DNA of 63,750 nucleotides, the filler included, from Craspedostauros australis (Eukaryota): assembly GCA_030167865.1 (NCBI GenBank). It is 8 parts of 8 records of this genome, joined end to end, with 100 filler letters (N's around TTAATTAATTAA, not from the genome) between each part and the next. Parts side by side here need not be neighbours in the genome. Positions count along the whole stretch, not along the records: positions 1 to 24,628 come from JALAGF010005270.1; 7 more parts are not named here. One strand, given 5' to 3'. A program made the translations under genes and the position numbers. How positions within the stretch are numbered: position 1 is the first letter of the stretch; each line of letters begins with the position of its first letter. The notes under the pieces were generated by a model that saw nothing but the letters and a program-made list of their open reading frames with translations, made no database searches and was not told where the DNA came from. Below are positions 10,237 through 20,732 of this stretch, one piece after another.

Positions 10237-12183
10237 ATGTCACCACGTAAGCCTCCCTTGCACAGCGCGTGCAAATCGGGCCGGCTGGATCAGGTACGCT
10301 CCATCCTCGATGCGTCGGAGGCTGTCGTCGATGCCAAGGCTGTAGACGAATCGGGCGACACGCCGCTTCACGTGGCCTGCCGTCACGGTCGCCATCACAT
10401 GGTGGAATATCTGCTGGGAGAGGGCGCAAGTCGAGTCAGCACCGACGTGACGATCCAAAACAAATGTGGATGCACGATTCTGCATGAAGCGTGTAAATCG
10501 AAGAGCGTGGCCTTGGTGGCGTTCTTGATGACGTTGGATGAGGTCAACCACGGCAACGTTGTCAGCATTGAAAACAACTTCCGCAACACCCCGCTGCATG
10601 ATGTTTGCCGACTTGGCCAAAGACAGATGCTCGAGTGCCTGATCGAGAACACCAATTCAAGCATCGATGTCAACGCGCAGAACCAGCATGGGTTGACTGC
10701 CTTCCACTTCGCTTGCGGAAGCAACCACATCGAGGTGGTGAAGTACCTGGTGGAATCGCAGCATACCGCGGTCGACGCCAACCTTCGCAAGCTTCGTGGG
10801 AAAACGGCGTTCCATGATGCATGCGAGCGTGGCTTCATGGAGATTGTGGCGTACCTGCTCCAATCCAACAACATCACCATCGATGTCAACGCGAAAGATA
10901 ACCAAGGAAACACACCTTTCCATCTGGCGTGTCTTCGCCTGCATCGAGACATCATCACGCACCTGGCAGAATCAGACCACCATCTTGTCGACGTGAACCT
11001 CGCGAACGTCAACGGGAAGACACCGTTGCATACTCTGTGCGAGATTGCCAATACTGACATCATCAAGGCCTTCATCGCATCTGCCCGCGTTGCCGTCAAT
11101 GTCAACGCCCAAGATTGTGACGGAAACAGTCCGTTGCACGTTGCGTGCCTCTACGCGAAGGAATCCACGATCCAATACTTGGCGGATTCCAACCAGGCGA
11201 ATGCCGATGTCAATGCGCAGAACAGCGACGGAGAGACACCATTGCACATCATTTGCAAGAAGGAGCAACTGAACCTGATCAAGTACCTCATCGAATCCAG
11301 CCACGCCCATGTCGACGTCAACCTCCAAGACAAAGCTGGCAACACGCCGGTGCACGTAGCGTGCTCGTCCGGCCGCACCACAATCATCCACTACTTGGTC
11401 ATTTCCAGCACAGCAAACGCCAACATCAACATCAAGAACAACGAAGGCAAAACACCACTCCACCTTGTTTGCCAGTCGGGGCAACTGAAGTTGATCAAAC
11501 AATTCATTGAGTCCGATCACGTCCGGGTCGATTTCAACGTCCAGGATAACGAGGGCAACACTCCACTGCACTGTGCTTGTGTGGCTGGCAAAAAAGACAC
11601 GGTGATAGACTTGGTGATCACGGCCAACGCAGACGTGGACATGTGCCTCCAAAACAACAATGGCAACACGGTGCTCCACATGACATGCGAACGAGAATAC
11701 CTGGTCGGAGTCTATGGAGCGGCCAAGCTCGATCAGCTCTTCGATTACATCCAGAAGAAGGTCGTACCCACCAGCAACTTGCAGGAATCGTTCCACGTCC
11801 ACGATGGAAGCACCATCGATCGATTGAGGAGCATGGCAGCCTCCGCCATCCACATCCAAAACAAGAATGGCGACACACCGATTCACTACGCAAGCGGCTG
11901 CAAGTACGACAAAATCTTGAGCGTGTTCGTTGAATCGGAGGCATTCGATGCGACCTTGCCAAACAACGACGGCGACACGGCCCTGCACAATGTGTGCGAA
12001 AGAGGCCACCTGAACATGCTCAAGTCGATGATCGAATCCGACCAGATAAAGGTCAACATCCATGTCACCAACAACAGCGGCGAGACGCTCCGAGACCGCG
12101 CAAAACGCAGGGCGGGGAGCAAATTCGTCAAGTACTTGGAGGGTCTGTACACCGCTGATGTCTCTTGCAGCATGAAGGGTTGA
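10237..12183 (+). CDS. Ankyrin-repeat protein (648 aa, ~16-17 repeats)
   Basis: Recurrent DVNAQ..G.TPLH.AC...... motifs along the whole intronless ORF. Confidence 0.97.
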   Translation: MSPRKPPLHSACKSGRLDQVRSILDASEAVVDAKAVDESGDTPLHVACRHGRHHMVEYLLGEGASRVSTDVTIQNKCGCTILHEACKSKSVALVAFLMTLDEVNHGNVVSIENNFRNTPLHDVCRLGQRQMLECLIENTNSSIDVNAQNQHGLTAFHFACGSNHIEVVKYLVESQHTAVDANLRKLRGKTAFHDACERGFMEIVAYLLQSNNITIDVNAKDNQGNTPFHLACLRLHRDIITHLAESDHHLVDVNLANVNGKTPLHTLCEIANTDIIKAFIASARVAVNVNAQDCDGNSPLHVACLYAKESTIQYLADSNQANADVNAQNSDGETPLHIICKKEQLNLIKYLIESSHAHVDVNLQDKAGNTPVHVACSSGRTTIIHYLVISSTANANINIKNNEGKTPLHLVCQSGQLKLIKQFIESDHVRVDFNVQDNEGNTPLHCACVAGKKDTVIDLVITANADVDMCLQNNNGNTVLHMTCEREYLVGVYGAAKLDQLFDYIQKKVVPTSNLQESFHVHDGSTIDRLRSMAASAIHIQNKNGDTPIHYASGCKYDKILSVFVESEAFDATLPNNDGDTALHNVCERGHLNMLKSMIESDQIKVNIHVTNNSGETLRDRAKRRAGSKFVKYLEGLYTADVSCSMKG

Positions 12184-12910
12184 TCCCGTCCTTGGCCGAC
12201 TTCTTCGTTGCGGATAATATCTCCTCTGTCGCCGCTCTTCTTTGATGACACCAGCAGCACAGACATGAAAGCACGAGCTATGCATCGTACTTATGCACGT
12301 ACACGTACCGACTCACATCAATAGAGTAGTACGGTTGGGAGCGAAGGCCAACCTTCTGGGAGTGTTCATTTCCATACCAGCATCACTTTCATAATTATAA
12401 CCTCGGTGGCCTAGAGAGTGATCACGTTTGTGCAGCGCACGAGTACGTACATGCGCGTGGCGGCCTGTTGGTTTTGTGATGCATTTGGACAGCAGCAACC
12501 AAGTATGTATGGTGCAACGGCGACTGATTCAGTACACAACGCTGTCCTTGCTATTGTTGATGATGTAACATATTATATCATATTGTATTATTGCAATGCA
12601 TGTGTGCAAGAGCATGTTCCCAGTGTTCTTGCATAGTAAATCACCGAATTATGGTTATCTGCCATCTCTGAATCCGTGATGGGAGCATCACCCTCATCTT
12701 TTTGTGGAGCGCTGTGTTGTGTTGTATTTCGTTGCGTCGGTTGATTCTGTTGACATTGGGTTGCTCCTCCAAAGCGTCGTCATGATGATGTGACACCACA
12801 CCACACCACATTGGAACATACTCATACCCATACTCGTGCTCATCCTCATCTTCATATTCGTATCAGTAGAGTGCTGCAGTGTTATGCCATTGCGTCGCAG
12901 GATGATCGCA

Positions 12911-14086
12911 TCACGGCTTCAATTCGTACTTGGCATTCAACCACGGCGAGAGCGGACGCAGGTCCATGTAGGCGAACTGGTTGTAATTCATGAGCTGCAT
13001 GTAGCTGTGATGATCCTCGAGGGTCGGGTTGATTTCCAACCGCTTGCAGACGTCGTCGTAGATCTTGCGATCCTCGGCGTCGAGGTCGGGTCGGAAGATC
13101 GGGGCGACGATGTCCGTGTTCTTGTCGCTGGCCACCATGAAGCCGCCTGCCTTCTTGCGCGGTTGGATGCTGGCCTTGGCCATGATGGGTGGGAAGAGCG
13201 GCGGGAACTCGGCGTAGGACACGAGCTGCGAGAATAGAAAGTTTGAGTCGGCGTCGTCGCGCGAGAACATCTGCTTCATGGTCCACCCCTGCTTATCGTG
13301 GTTGGTGGCACCTTCGCGCGCTTTGTAGTTGTCCTCCAGGACGACGTGTCGGAACCCGTGCTTCATGAGCATGGCGTAGCGGTCGTAGACGCGCCTGTGG
13401 TCGTCCAGGAACACGAGCGTTCTGGCTGGATCAATCTCCCCCTTCTTGATGCGGCTCGCCCAGTCGAACGCCTCGATATCCTGGAAGTTGGTGCCCGTGA
13501 GGTACTCCGCGTTGACCTCGTCTATCCATCGCTTCTCCTGGTTGCAAATTGGCTTGGACTCCGGGTCGATGGGGAAGATCTTGGTGTCGGCCGTGGGTGC
13601 TGCGCTGCGGATGATGTAGGTGGAGAGGCCCGCGTTGACTCCGGACTCCAGCACCGTCGTCGGCTGCAGCACCTTGACCGTCAGGTAGAGAGCGTAGGCA
13701 TGGTTGATGCGGATGCCGCAGAGGTTGATCTTGTCCGGGCGATTCTCAAAGACGGTCATGAATTCATCGTAGTGCTTGAGGAAGAGCTCCCTGGAGTCGG
13801 CCACGAAGTTGGTGCCCTTCTGCACCAGCGGGTTCCCCACTTCCTCCACTGGGATGCCAGGCCAGGGATACCTTGGCTGTGCTATGCTTGTGCTGCTGCT
13901 GGTGGTTCTGGCTGCCAAGTCGAACGTCTCCTCAGGACCCCACAGCAGCAGCTGCGAATAGCAGACGAAGAAGCCGCACAGAAAGCCGGCAACCCCAATT
14001 GTCCATGCTCCTCTGCGCTGCCTCTGCGCTTGCGAGGACAACGACGAGAGCACCGTCCTGCTTCCGCGCTTCTGAAGCCCAGCCAT
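12911..14086 (-). CDS. Type II membrane protein with a putative SAM-dependent methyltransferase-like fold; resembles a conserved plant/algal uncharacterised family
   Basis: N-terminal TM (WTIGVAGFLCGFFVCYSQLLLW); motifs VLESGVNAGLST, VFLDDH and HVVLEDNY; strong codon bias. Confidence 0.8.
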   Translation of the reverse strand: MAGLQKRGSRTVLSSLSSQAQRQRRGAWTIGVAGFLCGFFVCYSQLLLWGPEETFDLAARTTSSSTSIAQPRYPWPGIPVEEVGNPLVQKGTNFVADSRELFLKHYDEFMTVFENRPDKINLCGIRINHAYALYLTVKVLQPTTVLESGVNAGLSTYIIRSAAPTADTKIFPIDPESKPICNQEKRWIDEVNAEYLTGTNFQDIEAFDWASRIKKGEIDPARTLVFLDDHRRVYDRYAMLMKHGFRHVVLEDNYKAREGATNHDKQGWTMKQMFSRDDADSNFLFSQLVSYAEFPPLFPPIMAKASIQPRKKAGGFMVASDKNTDIVAPIFRPDLDAEDRKIYDDVCKRLEINPTLEDHHSYMQLMNYNQFAYMDLRPLSPWLNAKYELKP

Positions 14087-15284
14087 CGTTCACTCGATTG
14101 GTCGTTCAGTCGTTGCTCGAGTCTCCTTCGTGTTGCTGTCGTTGGCGTTGGCTTTGGCTTTGGCGTTGTCGTTGGTATGGGTATGGGTATGGGTATCGTA
14201 CTCTATCAGCGCCGGATGCCTTTGCATCAGCGTCAGGAGCAATGGCAGATGCTCCTCAACTTGTGTCACGTTCTCGCGTTTTGGTGACCGTTGAAGTTGC
14301 GTCATTCGGTCTTTTTCACAGCATTGGGTTTTTTCTCTTTTCGTCGTACAAACACGATTCGATCAGTTCTCAGTCATGCGCGTGAACGGACTCAGTTCTC
14401 ATGTTCGACTCGTTAGAGCAAAACACTGGATTGATCGCTCCCATTGGCCGCAGCACGTCACTTTGCACGCATTCACAAGAGAATTTCAGACGTGGTGGAT
14501 CGGGTTTGTTCACATCCATCAAAGGTGTCAGTGACGCTGAGGCCATCAGCAACAGATCCAAACAAGGAGGGAGGCGTTCCGTTACGGACATCCACCATGT
14601 CGTCGATGTGATTGTCTGAGGCGACGAGAGGAGGGAGGTGTGATCGCACCGGATAACGGAGACAACGAACGAGACGACAAGGGCAAACACGCCATCGATT
14701 GTGTTTCCAGACGCGGATACGCGGATACAGCGACGCTGGAGTGCGAAGGAGAAGGAAGGAACAGAGCCAAAGCGCTCGAGACAGTGCCAGTGCCAGTGCC
14801 AGGGGGTGGTGATCCCGCCGAGGGCATCAACTTGTGGCTCACAGCCGGGTGAACATCAATCAATCAATCGATCCAAGAACAGAACTCGAGAATTCTCCTC
14901 TCTGCGACCCTCATCCCTTCGCTGCAGTGGCTCCTTGCCAGAGTCTGCGCGTGCCGTGGCTGCGTCCAAGTGTCACATGCGAACGCGTGCCTGCCTTTGC
15001 GTGTATGCAAACCGATGAGAAAGCTTGGAACAGCATCGCAACTTCTAACGACTCGGGAACATCCCACAATTCGAAAAGATGGCCCATCTTTATCACCATC
15101 ACGCACACCTCAGACAACGCAAGCAACTCCTCTGCCAACTTTTCTGACACGACGCGGGGCAACGCGTCAGAGCGACGCAACAACAGAACAACACAGCAAG
15201 CAACAAGACGAGGGAGGCAAGCGAGATAGCAAGGGACACGGGAGAGCCATTCACAGGAAGAGCCACGGCACGCATCGACGCGCG

Positions 15285-16344
15285 ATGTCGACGTTGACGC
15301 CGATGTGTGACGACGATCAAGATGGAGAGGACGATGATGAGTACGGCGACCTAATGTGCGATCTCTCTCTCGAAGTCGTCGATATGCTGCAGCAGGTTTT
15401 ACGGAATGATGATGATGCCAACGAAGTGGACGTGGTACAAGGGACCTCTCAAGGTCGGCCTCCAATGCAGGGGCAGGCGCAGCCACAGGTTCGGTTTCAT
15501 GCCCCGACGACGTTTGGTAAGTGTCATTTTGCCCGACGAAATGCACATTTCAGCCACAATGCTGTTCGCGATCTTCTGGAGGTGCCACTCCCTTACTTGT
15601 GTGCTCGCAATGCCATGCCATGCCCATCCTCACAGAGTATCTCCCCCGCCATGTGCCGCCACAGCCACCTCGCCCGGCTTCTTGGTGCGAATTCCCTCGC
15701 CAACACACGTCCACTTGGTTGCACCATCCCGCCATGGGTTCCCCGATCAGGATCAGGTGGATGAAACCGATCGTGACATCTGGAATGAATTCAGCCAAGA
15801 CGATCCTGGGACATCATTCCTTGATCCTGTCGTGCCAGCAGCGGCCTGGCCCACTTCTCCTCCTGCTGTCGCTCCTGCTGCTGCTGCTCCTGCTGCCCTT
15901 CCGGCCTCCCCCTGGATGAGCGTTGGCAACGACGGATACTCGTCCATGCAGCGACCAGCACAGTCAGTGCAAATACTGCAACTACCGCAACCAGAGCAAC
16001 AGACCATGAAGCAACTCTTGGCAGGACAAGAACGCCACATACCCAGCGGTACCGGGCGATACCACACGCCCTCCCATGAACACTACACAAAAAAGCTGTC
16101 CGTGCGACTGGGGGCCTATCTCAACGCCCGCCTGCGGAAGGATCTGGCGGAGAAGCATCGCATCGCGGACGAGATCATCGAGGAGTTGAATACGGAGGGA
16201 TTCACGATGATTGCGAAGAATGGCACGGAACTCACGACCCTGAAGCAGAAAAGGGCGAAGATCTTCGTCAAATTCCGTGGCATGGTTCGATCTCGTCAAA
16301 ATCAGGAGCGCAGAAGCCCATTCCATCGTCAAAATTGCGGATGA
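15285..16344 (+). CDS. Two-exon gene with a C-terminal divergent DUF6824-like (putative DNA-binding) domain; predicted intron 15517-15664
   Basis: Acidic exon 1 from ATG 15285 to a phase-1 GTAAGT donor at 15517. A phase-compatible CAG acceptor at 15664 joins the 15406..16344 frame. The C-terminus GTGRYH...Y...EKHRIADEIIEEL...G...RAKIFVKFR follows the DUF6824 pattern. Confidence 0.6.
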
Positions 16345-18145
16345 ACAAAGGAAGTCAAAGGCTGCATGAGGCCTTGTCCACGCAGAGATGCCAATTTTTC
16401 AGATGGCCGCCGAGAGGACGGATAGTTGAGATCCGCCTGTTTCCGGAGGCGTGCAGCATTTCTTGCCGCATATTCAAGGCTTGTGTGGTGCAGTCGAGTA
16501 GCTACTCTCTACAGTAAAAGAGACTATGGAGAGTGTACATTTTTCGATCACTGCTTCGTCGCTCGAGAGGAGGCCCGTCGTGGCAACTCAATTGGATGTT
16601 GTACCATGCGACCTAGGCATCACACTCGTATGGTGCGAACATGATCCTGTTTGTTCCATCGCCCACCGATGCCCGTGAGCACGCTGCCCAGTACACTCTG
16701 TTCCTAGTCCGTCATTGCAAGTACTTGTTCCTGTACTCATGTAGTGCTGTCATTGCTGCCTCCGCTGTTGATCGCAGCAGTTCTTGTTCCGTGCTTGCTG
16801 GGTCATACAACGTTCGATCTTCCACACGGCACAAAGAAGGAAGAAGCAGGCCCGATGAGAGAAAGATCGAAAGGTGCGAACAAGCTTAGAAGTGAGAATA
16901 GTCAATGCCTGATGTTACATGATACTTGTAGTCGTATCATCGCAGAGCAACAGTGTTCTTGTATGCATTCTTCTCGATATACTAGGTTGGAGTTGTAGGA
17001 GTAAACATACGTGATAATGTAATACGAGGGATAGTCGTACAGTGATGCCAATACGATGAGCCGTAGAGTAACGCAGAGCATGGGAGGGCTTGTGGTCTCG
17101 TTTGCATTCTCTCTGGACTAAACTCCATAGTAGAATGACTCCATTTGCTTCTCCTTGTTTCCTTGTCCGAACATTGAGATTCTTTGTTCGGTGCAGACAC
17201 GCGCCGTTTGTGACGAAGAATCTTGTTCTTTGGATGAGATTCTGCAAACGTCCGCGTCATGTTTGGGTGTGGTGGTGGATTGTGTTGATCATGTCACAAA
17301 GAACACATGTGATGCGTGTTTGTGTCTGACGTGACCTTTGGGTTCCCTTGTTGTCGGTCACCCTTGATGCGTCGCCTCTCTGGCGAAGGAAGAGGAAGAG
17401 GAGAGGAGGAACAACGCACTCTTTGCTCGCATGAATGCTCGTGTCGTGGACGCAGATCCGAACACATTCGCAGCTCGTCCTCGAAGGTCGCACCATACTA
17501 TTATCGAATATTATAATTCTGTGGAGAGCCACAAGAACGAAGGAGCCACTGGAATAGTCGTATAGTAGCAGAACCATCACCCCAGACCAATCATAGTCGT
17601 AACTCAGGACAGCATCCAACACCACCATCGAGGCCATCATCCCGTGCCACTCCTGATCCCTCTTGGACAGTTGGGAACTCCATCTGCAGCATCAAAGAGT
17701 CAAATCATACGCACGGATCGAAGAAAACCAGAACCCCCATTCTGTTCGTGTCATTCCTCCTCAGTTCGCATCCCTCGGTCGCCACCGGCGCCCTACAAGC
17801 TAACACTGCAAGAGGGCATCGACAGATCATCAAGAGAGCAGATCTACACACACAGACACACACAGAGATCAAGAAGGGGAAGCCATTGTCAAGCATTCGC
17901 GACAAACGCAGACACAACACACAATCAACAACAACTCAACCTGACAAACGCAACGCATTCCTCCCATAACACCATCAAGTGAAGTCTAGTGAAGTCCATT
18001 CTAGTGAAGTCCATTCCAGTCAAAGAAGACAGCAGAGAACCATCCTTGAAGACTCAAGCAACTGCCCACGCCCTCCCATCGTTCATCTCTCACCGCTCAT
18101 CTTGCGCCCCTCCACATCCATCAACACCAGCCAACATCAATCATC

Positions 18146-19468
18146 ATGCATCACAGATCAGCAGCCGTCGCCTTTCTGGTTGGTTCATGCCTTAGCAGTG
18201 TCAGCGGCTCCACCAGTGTCAATGTGGACGCTGCCTTTGTTGCCAACCCAGGGTCTTCCACCCGAACCCACTCACGGTCTCAGAATTCGAAATCAACATC
18301 GACGTCGACGGACACCATGTTGAACTTGTCTTCGGACGCATCATCATCGTCGTCGAAGTCAGAGTCGGCACGATTTCAGGGCAGGGGCGCTGCTGATCGT
18401 TCCGCAAGCGCTCCGTCGCTGTTGGAACAGCCAAATGGCCAGATCAATCGCGAACTGGCAGAGCGTCTGTACAAATGGGAACACAACAAGGCATCGTCCG
18501 CTGCTGTCAATTCCGCGTCGGCTTCCGCTGCGTCTTCACCATCCACAGGCAGCAGCGATGGTGGGGCTGCGAACATCGAGGATCTCCTCTTCACTCCCAA
18601 CAGAGCCACACGGGCCAGAACCACCAGAGGCGCTTCAACGACCTTCTCCACACGCCAAGGACTGCGGTTGGTGCAGGAGCTGGTGGCGGAGTGCACGTCC
18701 CCGTCCGCCTCGGAAGAGGACCTCATCCAGGAGGGCATCATCGCCCTCATGCAGGCCAAGGCAGAATACAACGCCGGCTTCGAGGCCTTCGCGCGTCACT
18801 ACATCCGCTCGGCTCTGTCCAAGGGCGGAATGGCCGGGATGTCGCCGCGCACGTCCAACACGCGTTCTTCCGCCTCCATGCTGGATGGTGCAACTTCCTC
18901 GGCTGCGTCCAAGGAACCCATCGTGCGACCGCTCTCGGTAGAGTCCACCATGGTGGAAATGCCGCAGGTCGGTTCCACCTTGGAGGAGACGTCGTCCGCC
19001 GAGAAGTTCTATCGCCCCGTCGCGGATGACGACGACAATACCCGCGGCGGCGCATCCCGAGGCGGCTCCGCATCCAGGAACAAGCAGACGTCGTCCTCCG
19101 CCGCCTCCAACTCGGATTCGCTGGAGTACATCGATCCCATGTTGCAGTACGAGGGCGAGGACACCATGTGGATTCACCAGCAGCGCGTCACGGGCATGCT
19201 GGGGGAGATGATCCCCGATCCTTCCTCGGACGAAAACGACGTCGACGAGCGTCTGCAGGCGCTGCTGTCCTCCACGACGACGTTGACGTCGCAGGAGAAG
19301 GGCATCATCTCCATGGTCTACGGCATCCAGGTCGGTGCGTCCTCGATGGCATTCGCGCCCATGTCCGCAGCGGAGATCGCCACCATGCTCGATATGCCCA
19401 AGCAGCAGGTGCGGACGTTGCAGTCGTCGGCTTTGCATAAGCTGCGGGAGCAGGCAGCGCAAGAGTGA
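18146..19468 (+). CDS. Nucleus-encoded, probably plastid-targeted sigma-70 family factor (degenerate region 2)
   Basis: Signal peptide plus 'DAA|FVANP' (ASAFAP-like) and a Ser/Thr-rich transit peptide. Region 2: GLRLVQELV...EDLIQEGIIALMQA...FEAFARHYIRSAL. Region 4 HTH: LTSQEKGIISMVYGI...SAAEIATMLDMPKQQVRTLQSSALHKLR. Confidence 0.88.
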   Translation: MHHRSAAVAFLVGSCLSSVSGSTSVNVDAAFVANPGSSTRTHSRSQNSKSTSTSTDTMLNLSSDASSSSSKSESARFQGRGAADRSASAPSLLEQPNGQINRELAERLYKWEHNKASSAAVNSASASAASSPSTGSSDGGAANIEDLLFTPNRATRARTTRGASTTFSTRQGLRLVQELVAECTSPSASEEDLIQEGIIALMQAKAEYNAGFEAFARHYIRSALSKGGMAGMSPRTSNTRSSASMLDGATSSAASKEPIVRPLSVESTMVEMPQVGSTLEETSSAEKFYRPVADDDDNTRGGASRGGSASRNKQTSSSAASNSDSLEYIDPMLQYEGEDTMWIHQQRVTGMLGEMIPDPSSDENDVDERLQALLSSTTTLTSQEKGIISMVYGIQVGASSMAFAPMSAAEIATMLDMPKQQVRTLQSSALHKLREQAAQE

Positions 19469-20732
19469 GTGAGGCAGTCAGTGAGTCAATTGGTGTTGTG
19501 TGGTGTGTTGGTGTGGTTTTGTTGCTCACGGTACATGCGACGATAGCTTCCACTGGTACACAACCAAACGCAACACAACAGGATACAGCACGATGCATGG
19601 TAGGATACTCCATACTTCTCTCTCGGTATATAGCACTTCATTATACTCTAGAGCATACGTGTCACGTTGTGTCATATTGCGCAGAATGGATATTAGAATA
19701 TGATTTGCACGAGCGCTTGGTAGAACACGACCGAGTACGAACTGGATGGCGCTTCACGCATGTCTCCTCCTCGCCAAAACGTACTCGATCTTTCGTTCGC
19801 CCGTTGACTCACTTGCCGTCAACTCATGGATGATGCGTTCGGTGCCGTTCCTATCGTCCATCCGTCCTGTACGCGTACCTCCAGGAATCTCATCCGCTGT
19901 TGCAGGTTTGTCTTCGGTGGCCATCCATGTCCATGGCCTCTTGGACGCTGCTTGCAGGATGGTGTTGATGACTTCATCGAGCCCGGACGGAAGATACGTT
20001 GTGGATGCATCGATCTTAACGTGGGCCATTGCCGATGTGGCGACGCCACCTTCGATCCACGATGCGGGACACTTCGCCGCAATGCTGGGTTCTTCCGGCG
20101 ACTCTCACGCGCTGTCGCATGGATCTTCATCTTCGGACGGAAGCTGTGTCCGTCATGCTTCCTCGTCCTCTTCAATACATCGCCCCCATTCTCATGTCCA
20201 TGCCCATGTTTGTGCTGCGAGTCCTCGTATCATGAAACAGTGCACCTGCGAGTAGATGTGGATTGGAGGCATCAGGATGCCGTCCTTTTCCCAATCCTCA
20301 TAGATCGTATCGAACCATACCCTTTCACTGATTGGCCTTCCCACAAAAGAAATGAGGAGAGAGATGGAAATGAGAATTCGGTTTCTAAAAGCGCTTGTCA
20401 AAATACTCAACGCTAATTAACATCACGTGTTTCAGATATCCGTGGATTATACAAAACGCTAACACCATTCGCCTGTCGCAGCGCTTTGAGAACCATCCGC
20501 AAATCCCCAGAAACACGATTGTGCACAAAACGGAGGCAGAGATCTCATGCGCACTTGCCAATTGTGCGAGTGGGCAGAGATAACTCACATGGTCGTAGAG
20601 TGCTGTACCATAGTCGTACGGATACAAGCGGCATGCACATGCTCATTGCATCGCAGTTAGCCACACAACGACGACGACGATAGAAACAAGAGAAGCAACT
20701 CGACTGTCGGGATAACGACAAAGAACAGATCG

